DNA from: Octopus sinensis
Taxonomy: Eukaryota
Assembly: GCF_006345805.1 (NCBI RefSeq)
Contig: NC_042997.1
Span: 54,622,001-54,686,000 of the forward strand
DNA length: 64,000 nucleotides
Direction of reading: 5' to 3'
Part shown: in pieces, positions 54,100-64,000 of the stretch
Layout of the letters: each line of letters starts with the position of its first letter
How positions within the stretch are numbered: position 1 is the first letter of the stretch
Notes under the pieces: generated by a model
Database searches by the model: none
The model's input: the letters and a program-made list of their open reading frames with translations, nothing else
Told to the model about the DNA's origin: nothing
Position numbers and translations under genes: made by a program

Positions 54100-54784
54100 A
54101 GAGAGATGGCTGCAGATGAATGCTTTGCGAAAATTGTTCAAGCTGTGTATGAAGGAGAATCAATAAGGTCAAGATCAGTGATATTCTTCATTAGGTGTAG
54201 GTGTACTGGAAATGCTAGAAGCCAAGGATTGAAGACCATGGTCAGAGAAGATTCAACAGAATTTTGATAGAATTTTATTGCCTAAGTTGTGTTGTTGTTT
54301 GTGCTTAGCTCCTGTTCAGCTCCTGATATTATAAAAAGTTCCCCAGCCATGACTCTTTTTGTGTATCAAGGTCTATATTGTTCTTTGTGTCTTTACTTTT
54401 TTAAAATAGTATGGTGTGATCTGAGGAGCTGTTTCTAGCTGGTCAGGCAACTACATAGGTGATCCTTTGTGATATAAAAATGAGAAAGGTTGAGTGTAAG
54501 TTAGGTAAAAAAAAGTGGCTGAAGATCAAAGACCTTGTTTAATATATACAAAAGCAATGATTGTGTTAATATAGGTATGTAATTCAAGAAAGTAAATTCG
54601 TATTGGTTGAAGAAAAAAAGATCTGTAACATGGAGTTAAAGTGTAGGTGATGTAGAGGAAGTTAAAAATTTTGAAAGATGTTATTAGATCAAACATTTGA
54701 AAGTTGAATCTCAGTTAAGATGCTGTAGGCTTAAGATGTATGAAAAGATGCTGTGTATCAGACCTGTTCAATCCACACTACTGG

Positions 54785-54790
<6 letters not shown>
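54100..54790 (+). mobile_element. Very old RTE remnant
   Basis: ADECFAKIVQAVYEGESIRSR corresponds to IDEWLIMAVQALYREAVSKVR in the 27 kb copy. Confidence 0.45.
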
Positions 54791-54827
<37 letters not shown>

Positions 54828-55649
54828 TATGTGTGTGTGTGTTTGTGTGTGTAAAGTAAGTTTGTCCAGGAAGATGTGAGAATTTTAATGTTTCAGCCAT
54901 GGTCCTTCTTTGAAGGTTTTGATTTTGACTATTTTCTAAGGAGATCCCTCTCACAAGCTTCCACTTTGTTTAAACTTAGCTTATTTTACAAACGTTATTT
55001 TATGTCTGTGTAGACTATTGCTAGTTTCTTAAATTTTTTTTCTGTGACTGTGTGTGTGTGTGTTGTGTGTGTGTGTGTGTGCATGCATGCATGCATATGT
55101 GTGTATGCCTGATGTATATACACATGTATATACAATTAGATCTTAAATTTATGAGTTAATTCATTCTTAATTATCACTCATTAATTAAGAACTTGTGAAG
55201 TAGGCAGTGTTTTCTCATAGAAATGATCAGCAAAAGGAAGCAGTCCAAGATGCTTTGTGAACATTTGCATACCAATAACTAAATGGCATGTTGAATTGAA
55301 ATAAATATGATACTACTAAGCAAGAAAGCTGGAAGTTGTAACTCTCACCAACATAATTTGGCCTTTGGCTTGGCTGACAGGTGTATTTATCCACTTGAAA
55401 AACGTTTTTGGGATGTACACATTCAAGTAGAAGCAAAATTAAAAAACAGTTTAATAAAAGAAATAATAAATAGGTTGATGGCTGCAGAAAACATATTCCA
55501 GAAAGCTGATATTCTAAGAAGGAAAAAACTGGTGGTGTAGCAGTGAAGATGAACTGAGTGAGTTGGGAGTGCCTGATTAGAACAGAGTCCACTATGGTTG
55601 CATTAGAAAATTAAGAGAGAGGAGATGGCGCATCTGAAGTCTGGAGTGT

Positions 55650-56190
55650 TTGTGAGTGACTTCATGCAAATCAGTTTAGTGGATTTTTCTGCCTAAGATG
55701 TCTGGGTACATACAGCAGCACTGTTCCAGTTGTAGGAGTAGTACTCGACTGTTGCTCTCACCTGAACTTTGTAGATGGTAAATAATTGATAAGTGCTGAA
55801 GTGTTTTGTGGTTCTGAAGAAGATGACTTATCTTCCATTGGCCATCCTCTTCAAAACCAAAGACTTTGTTTATGCTGAGGATTTCCACTATCTAAGTGAG
55901 ATCCTCACTGATGGTGAAACAGCATTTGAAGTGACCTTTAGGTTCATTTTGTTTATTCTGGGGTTGAAGTATGATAATGTTTTCTTGACGTATGAGGTGA
56001 ATATAGCTTTTTTGCTGTGGTGACAAGATTGACATGATCCTTTTGCTGTATATTTTTAAGGTCTCTGGTCATAGTCAGAGCAGGTTTTGTGTGAGTTATC
56101 TAGGTTACATGTGGTTGCTATTTGGGTATGGAGGTTTAGGGTAGGTATCATCTGTGTAGAAACAGGGATTGTTAGAGATTACTTGCAATA
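55650..56190 (-). mobile_element. CR1/Crack-like LINE RT remnant
   Basis: SNNPCFYTDDT (YADD-like) and LFTIYKVQVRATVEYYSYNW (LYKAQVRPxMEYCSHxW-like). Confidence 0.7.
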
Positions 56191-56982
56191 CAGAAATATG
56201 GTAGGTAATGCACTCTTTTGTCTTAGCCACTTTAAACACTCTTTCTTAATGTAAATTAGCCTATTAATGTCACTAGTTTCTTGGTCCTATTTCTAGAAAA
56301 AACAATTTTTATAGAGCAATATTAGAATATATTTGTATATTTAATCAATGAATAAGTTGTAATACAAGGTATAAAATATAAAGAAAAGATGTTGCAAAAA
56401 AGAACATCCTGCATAAAAGGGTTTCAAATTACTTTGTCAACAACAAAGATTTTCACATATATTACACACTTTTTTTTACTAGTTAAGGACAAACATCCTT
56501 TCTGTAAAACCAATATTTGAAATAACCAATACATGTATGTGAAGTTAAAAAAAACAAAACACAATGCAACTTATGTTAGCAAGAAAAAAAAACCCCAACA
56601 AATACGTGAGAACAAATAGGGTGAGGAAAGAAAACTCTTGTCCATGTATGATGGGATGGTAGAAAATAAGTTTGAATGTCACTATAAAGTAGGATTAACT
56701 CTATTCTATGAAGAGTGGCCTTGCCATTGTTATTTATGTGAGTTTTCTTAAACTAACTCATGGGCATGAAATAGCTGTTTGTCAGGGGTGGAGATGTGTG
56801 TAGAGATGACCTTCAAGTGGTATCTACTTTTCACTGCTAGTATAATTATACATATGCATATGATTCACTGGTTAGTAAAATCTGTAACTACTTGTGTGAT
56901 ATGTGGATGTATGAATATGTGTAATATGTTTGTAATGCATACAGTTACATTTGATTATAGATATGAGGAAAGCAAAGTAATA

Positions 56983-57462
56983 CAGTAATCACTTGCCATA
57001 TCGCAGCTCACCTATTGTGCCCTCAGCACATCATGGATTTTTCTGGCTAATGTATGTAAATTTATATTGCGGACTCCTCAATATATTGTGGGTTTCTGTG
57101 GCTGATAGGTATTTATATATTTTTAGATTTTAATTATTTCTGTGGTAGAATAAGCATTTTCATGCCTAAAAATTAACAAATTAATAAATAAAAATACAGT
57201 GCAGTACTGCACTGTATAACACATTAATTAAAATATATTAAAAGAAAATACATAGTGTCTGTAGATGAGTAAACAAAGAATTGCGCATACTGTATGGAAA
57301 ACAAAACTTGGGAGGCGAGTGTGTGGTATTGTTTTGCATTCATAATAAAATAAATATATACAAATTATAAAAATAATAAAAAAATAGACAGTACAGTACT
57401 GTTTTTCACCTATTGTGGTGGGGTTTGGGAATGTAACTCTTGCGAAAGTCGAGGGATTATTG
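56983..57462. mobile_element. Tigger/pogo-like MITE (480 bp)
   Basis: Imperfect TIRs CAGTAATCACTTGCCATATCGCA / CAATAATCCCTCGACTTTCGCA, each flanked by TA. Confidence 0.8.
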
Positions 57463-57649
57463 TACTTTACTTTTTTTTTTTGAGTGACTAAATAGTGACT
57501 ATAGAAGAACTTCAATCCTAGCCCTTGTGGTTGGTATGGTTGGTAATTCATTTCTCCAACTTCACAGCTGCTGTGCCTCAGCTTGTAAATTAGGTGCCTG
57601 CAAATACTGAAGTGTTTTTTCTTTTGTTTTACTCATATATATATATATA

Positions 57650-57790
57650 TATACAATGGGATTTTTTCAGTTTCTGCCTACCAAATCCATTCACAAGGCT
57701 TTGGTCAGCCCTAGCCTATAGTAGAAATGCCATGCAGTAGGACTGAACTCTGAAACCATGTCTGGGAGCAAACTTCTTGCCCTGCTGTCT
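57650..57790 (-). mobile_element. Family-B SINE 5' fragment
   Basis: ttcagtttctgcctaccaaatccattcacaaggctttgg...ggactgaactc. Confidence 0.7.
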
Positions 57791-58140
57791 TGAAAGAATA
57801 TATACATATGTAAATGTGTGTGTGTGCATGTATGTATTCATCATAATGAGTAATAGAAAACAACCCTGTGTATGTTTTCTACTAGTTTTTACATATCTGA
57901 TGCTTGATTTAATTTTATGCTTATTTTTCATAAAAATCTTTAAAACCTCTTTTTAAGGTCTTTTTTTTTTATTATTATTTTGTCTGTTTAACTGAGGCAT
58001 ACAGATGATGAAGGTTGCTGTTTTGGGAGAGTGATGGGATTCTACAGTTAATATAATTGTTTCAATACTGTCAGTTACCTGTTTAATTACAACAAAGTAT
58101 TACATGCACAATGTAATTAAAAGTATTTTTATTTCTTGGC

Positions 58141-58333
58141 ATTCATCATCATCTTCATTTAACGTCCATTGTCCAAGCTGGCATGGGTTGGATGGTTTGA
58201 CTGGGCTGGCACACTGGAAGGCTGTCTAGCTCCAGTCTGATTTGGTATGGTTTTCTACAGCTGGATACCTTTCCTATCACCAGCCACTCCAAGAGTGTAA
58301 TGGGTGCTTTTATGTGTCATTGGCATGGGTGCC
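58141..58333 (-). mobile_element. RTE 3' tail fragment
   Basis: catcatcatc...tttaacgtcc...ggcatgggttgg...ccttcc. Confidence 0.8.
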
Positions 58334-60687
58334 GAATTAGTTTTCTTTTATGTGAAATTAAATACTCGTTGAGATCGTATATTTCGTTTTTGCGGTTAAC
58401 CACAATCTTAATTATTGCAAGAGTATAGATGTAATGGTGTCGTATATCGGGGCATCTGAGAAATGGGTTGTTCATATCCTGTTGTTGGAACTGATCTTTC
58501 TATAACTAAGGCTCTTAACTTTCAAATGGCCTTATCTACCTAGCTGTAAACAGGTACTGAATTACACTGATATCAGCAGTATCACTATAAAATTGATGAG
58601 CATTTCATTAGTTTGCTATAACCGTGTTCAGTTTCTCCAGCAGGTATATCTAGGGGAAGGAGAAGATCTTCACTAAATAGAGTTGCTAAAATATGTAACA
58701 TTAACACCAAGTTTTCAGTGATGCTCTCATGACATGATGGATTATGATATTCATTATCAACAATGGTTGTCGTTTATGAATTCATGGCCTGTGAATAAAA
58801 AGAACAGTACTTCTCATACAGTGTCATTGCATCTTCTCAAGATTTATTGATAAATTCTGTTGTGACATAGTTACAGATACATTATACAAGTTGCCTAAAT
58901 CAATATAACTTAAAAATATGTACCACTTGTTTTTTGTTTGGTGATTTGTTTTGTTGGGTTGGTTCCTGATGTAAATCTTTCCCAGTGTCTTTCAGCAGTG
59001 AATAACTGGTGTAAAAATTATTGAAACTTTTACCGTATACAGATGGTTAGTTGTCAGTTGTAAACTACTGCATATTAATCAACTGTTGAGTTTAACTTAT
59101 TTATGTGTTGGAACCATTTGTAGTTTTGGTCATGTTGGGATGATGTAGAACCTTCGTAACACTTTTGGTTGCAAAGGTACTTCCAAAAAATTTTGTGTTC
59201 AAATAGTATATAAAGGAATTCAACATATCACTGCAAACTAGTGAAACACTTAATTTTTCAGTGATATTTCTATTTACAGCTAGATGGACTGTAGTTTAAG
59301 ATAGGTCTCTTGGTTATGGACATAAGATTATACTTATGACAAAAAAATGAACATCCAAGCTCCTGGTGAATGTTTATTGAATAATCTATTTGGCTGTATG
59401 TCCCCTCAACAGTGCCATATGGCAATAAAAAAGGAGCAGTGCTCATTTCAACCATTAATTTGGTTTTATACTTGGGTTGACAAAAACAAAATGAAGTGAA
59501 AAGGTAGCATAATTGTTATTAATATGACTTCTAATAATTTTCCCCAAAATTGATAGCATCAGTTTCAGATCCATTTTTATTGTAAAATTCTTAGACATTT
59601 TCAATCAAATTGAATTCATTTGGTCATTGAGCTGCCCAATGGTAAACCAGCTGATATACAAAAAGAAAAAAAAAACAAACAAACAACTCTGTATGTCTTT
59701 CCACATTTATTCTTTTGTGATATTGAGTTAATGATAGCTCTTCTCTTCTTACGCATTTAGAAGAGATTTCTCTAGTACCATTATAGAAAACTGCTATTTG
59801 ATGACCATTAGCTCTAAACAGAATTCTGCAAAACACCTGTTTGCACTTGATCTTTATTCCATCATTCAATCACATTCTTTTTAAGTGTTTGTTGCATTTG
59901 ATAATACCTGTAATTTCTTACCACTTCTGTATTTCTTTGAAAAGCCTTTGTAGATTTCAATGTATCTTAGAAGCAGTAACGAAAATAATGCAAATGTGTG
60001 TGCCTGTATGCAAAGACATATGTCTACAGAGGTATGAATGTGTACATGTGTATGTTAAGATGAGCATTTGAATGTGTTCATTTGTGTGTGTGTGTGTATG
60101 TATTCAGAGACATGTATATGCTTGTATATATGCATGCATGTGTTTTAGAATAATGCTTGTACCATCATTTGTCATCTATTTGCTACTTACTGTTGATATT
60201 ACATAAGATTTGAATCTTTACATCATATGTATATTTCTAGAACCATTCAGCTAGTGTGACAAGTTTATATAAATTCCATGTTTAAAATATAAGTTGAAAA
60301 AAGTCCTGTTTCAGCAACTGAAATATCAGTAGTTGGTGTCAGTTTTTTAAATCAGTTTTTTTGCATTTTTGTTATTCATTCTTTATCTTTTATTATACTT
60401 ATAAAAACATAATTCAGTGCAAGTTTAAGTTGTTTAATCTTGATCTAGCACACGAATGAATTAAAGTTATTTCATTCATGACAATCTCACTCTTCATATA
60501 TCTATGACTGCATTCTCTTTTTTTTAATAGTAGGGTGTAATTTGAAGTTGTTTGACCACTATTTCAAGCCAGTTGAGCAATGATATAAGAACTTCTGAAT
60601 GGCTCCTGAATTTACTACATATGACATTCAGTACATCACATTTTTAACTTGGTTATAAAATTATTACTTCACCTACTATCATCCAAG

Positions 60688-60722
<35 letters not shown>

Positions 60723-60726
60723 CATT

Positions 60727-61190
60727 AAGGTGACAAACTGTTAACATGCCTGGCAAAATGCTTATCAATATTTTGTCCAGCTTTACCTTTTGAGATCAAA
60801 TTCACTGAAATCAAAATTTACTTTCATCCTTTTAGGGGTTGGTAAAATACATACCAGTTGAGCACAGGGGTCAGTGAAATTGACTTACAGCATCCTCTGC
60901 AATTGCTGGCTCTGTGCCAAATTATTATTGTTATTATTATTATTATTATTATTATTAGGTTTCAAATTTTTCAAAGGCAGCAATTTGGCAGAATTGTTAG
61001 TGTGCTGGGCAAAATCTTCAACATTTCTTCTGTCTTTATGTTCTGAGTTCAAGCTCCACTGATGTCAACTTTGTCTTTTATCCTTTCAAGGTCGATGAAT
61101 TAAGTGCCAGTGAAACACTGGGGTTGATGTAATTGACTAGTCCCCTCCCACCAAATTTCAGGCCTTGTGCCTTTAGTAGAAAGGTTTACT
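60727..61190 (+). mobile_element. Two head-to-tail family-A SINEs with (TTA)n before and between them
   Basis: Units at ~60727 and ~60975; (TTA)n at 60692-60725 and 60921-60957. Confidence 0.85.
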
Positions 61191-62793
61191 ACTACAAAGG
61201 TGTTGATATGGCTAAAGTATCAGAGTATTGGAATAAATACTTTGCAGTAGTTCTCCCAGCTTTTTGTTCTGCACACAATTCCCCTGGGTCAGCTTACCTT
61301 TCATCTCTCTCAGATTTCTCAAGTAACATATGAGACAAGTATTGTAGTTGATGGTATTGACGACTTTCCCACTCACATTTTATATTGCTGGCCTTGTGCC
61401 TAAATTAACATTATTTTTTAGAGCAGTGAATTTTTCTTTTTATGTCATTTAATTTTCTTTTCTTTTTATAACTGTGTGACTTCATACAGAGGTCCTTCTT
61501 TATGTTTTATTGTAACACAATCATTTTTGATTAAACATGTGTTAAGATTTTAACATCATCATATATAAACAAATTTTGGTAAGTTGAGATATATTTGATC
61601 TAAAATATAACTTGTATTGATGAAACTAACATTTTTCTCTTACTGAACTAAATATTCTATCAACTAAATAATGTTGCTATAGTAATTTAGATTTTTCCTC
61701 ATCTCTTAGAAAGGAAGGGGTAAAACAAACACATAAGTCCACCTGAGAATTAAATGCGACTGTTTATTTTAGTTTGTTCCTTTCTTGTCAAGTCTATCTT
61801 ATATCTTTTCCTTTTTCTTGGATTTGTTTAAAATAAATGTTTTCGTTTTTCTCACCGTATTATTAAAGCACTTTGCAACTTTACTTACAACATATGGTGC
61901 AAATGTTCGAAACTATCAAAATATTATGTACCACAGGATGTTTCATATATTAACAGTTTCTCATAACATTTACAAATTCAGTAAGGGGATTAATTCCTGG
62001 CATTACACTGTTTATATTGAACTAAGCTTGAGTTGTAATTATATTCAAGAAAGAAAAAAAAGAATGAAACAAACAAACAAAGCATAAACTGATTTCATGA
62101 GATAGTGTTCGTATGTTCTGTTAAAGAAATTCATTTTTCACATGAAAACCAATCCTAAATTAATAGAAAAAAAAGCAACTATTTTTCAAGCTAAAAAAAG
62201 AGGCTTCTGTGTAGTCCCTTTTAAGCTGTTTAATGTAGCAAGTAATTTTTATGACTGCACACTCCATGGTCTTTAAAATGGATATAATATCTTAAAGTCT
62301 TAAATCTTGGTACAGCCCATCTTTCTCACACTGCCAAGCCCGCTTCTGCAGTCATTCTTATATTTATTTATTTATTTGTGTGTGAATGTATGCATGTATA
62401 ATATACTGTTTGTTGATTCAACAATGATGCCCTCCTTCATCTTCAGTTCTACCATGTCCCTTATGAGTTCATGATATATCACAAGACCAATACAAAAATG
62501 TCAAATCTATAAACAAACTGGACATAGTAAAGAGCTACATAGTTGGTATTTAGTGACTGAATTTGGCAGTTATGATGAGTAACTCTTCCATTACATTTTG
62601 CTTGGTGCATTCAGCTTAAAATTGTTATACAGTGTTGTAGGTAACTCTTTATCACACCTTTCAAGGAATTATGCAAGCAGGAAAGGTGCACTTCAATTGG
62701 TCTTTACAGTGATTCTGAGGAGCACATGTGAAAAGAGAATTATGCTTGGCAGATGGGGTTGTCCATACAGATTACATGATCCATTAATATGGA

Positions 62794-62835
<42 letters not shown>

Positions 62836-63704
62836 CAGGGTGCGGTGCATAAACTGTCGTCTAAATTACACAAAAATGAAAACAACACTGACAGCTCATT
62901 TTAACAGATATATTTACCAAAATTACATAAAAATATCTTGAAATTCTAAAGAGTAAATTTATTCAATAAAATTGCCACTGGCTTCAACCATGACCTCCAG
63001 ATGACTTTGGAATCTCCTGCAACTCTTCTGGACGGTATCCTTGCCTTCAATTCATCTCTCGTTTTACAGGGAGTTTTGTTGGTCTCTTGCTCAACTACGC
63101 CCCACACAATAATCAAAGGAGTTGCTGTCTGGGGAGTCAGGTGGCCAGATGTTAGGAGTGATGTGGTCACAGAAATTGTCTAACAGCCATGACTGGGTTC
63201 TCCTGCTTGTGTGACATGATGCAGAGTCCTGTTGTCAAACACAGGGTCTTCCAGCTGTCACCCTTTTGACCCAGGGCAGCACAACCTCCTCCAGGCACTT
63301 GCTGTAAGCCTCCATGTTGAGTCTGAGGCAGTGTGGGAAGATGAATGGAAGCAGAACGTCACCATCACTAGTGATTGCTCCAAACATCATGATGCTGACT
63401 GGATAGTTGATTTTTGTCACTCTGGGTACATGTCCGCAGATTGTACTGTTGACAGATTGACACCCAAGCACTCTGACATGTTCGTATTGGAGCTTCTGAC
63501 GCGAATGCTAAGCAATAAAGCATATCATTTCCAAATTTCTTGTATTTCCAAATTTCTGGAGCGAATTGCATCATAGTGCTGTCTTTTTTACAGATGGTGC
63601 CCAACAGATCCTACTATACTGTGTAGTCGACAAATTAAAAACAAAAAATACACATGCGCGAATTTAAAAGTATAAAATGGCAATAATTTACCCATTGCAC
63701 CCTA
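62836..63704 (-). mobile_element. Internally deleted Tc1/mariner transposon, DD37D (maT-like)
   Basis: TIRs CAGGGTGCGGTGCATAAAC / TAGGGTGCAATGGGTAAAT within (TA)n; *QQDSASCHTS..WPPDSPDSNSFDY with 37 residues between the 2nd and 3rd Asp. Confidence 0.88.
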
Positions 63705-63729
63705 TATATATATGTGCATATATAGAGCT

Positions 63730-63801
<72 letters not shown>

Positions 63802-63823
63802 TATATATATATATATATATATA

Positions 63824-63855
<32 letters not shown>

Positions 63856-63881
63856 CTAGATATGTATGTATATATGTATGT

Positions 63882-63923
<42 letters not shown>

Positions 63924-63945
63924 ACACACACACACACATGCAGAC
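63730..63945. repeat. Compound (GT)n/(AT)n/(AG)n microsatellite block
   Basis: Direct sequence. Confidence 0.95.
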
Positions 63946-64000
63946 AGACAGATGCTTACAGACAGAGAGCGGAGTTGAATGAGATTTTAATGTCAACCAT

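Noticed and set aside
55307-55540. 77-aa ORF LAFGLADRCIYPLEKRF...
   Set aside because: Only vague similarity to retroelement protease-adjacent sequence; not supportable as a gene or a defined element

Overview
AT-rich, microsatellite-rich animal genomic DNA. The repeat content (tRNA-derived SINEs, RTE LINEs with (GAT)n tails, Penelope, Dong/R4, Gypsy, mariner) suggests an octopus; this is an inference. Most of the window is transposon debris and intron/intergenic-like DNA, and no complete host gene can be named. A CpG-rich block at ~31.7-35.5 kb looks like a promoter region, with candidate first exons on both strands and two plausible minus-strand exons (30.5 and 29.9 kb). The most notable features are: (1) a Penelope-like element (13.7-15.8 kb) whose GIY-YIG nuclease is split by ~365 codons of Asn/Ser/Thr low-complexity sequence, followed by a type I hammerhead ribozyme with an intact core; (2) a tRNA-headed SINE ending in a minimal hammerhead motif (48.75-49.0 kb); (3) RTE elements with a PHD-like finger inside their ORF.
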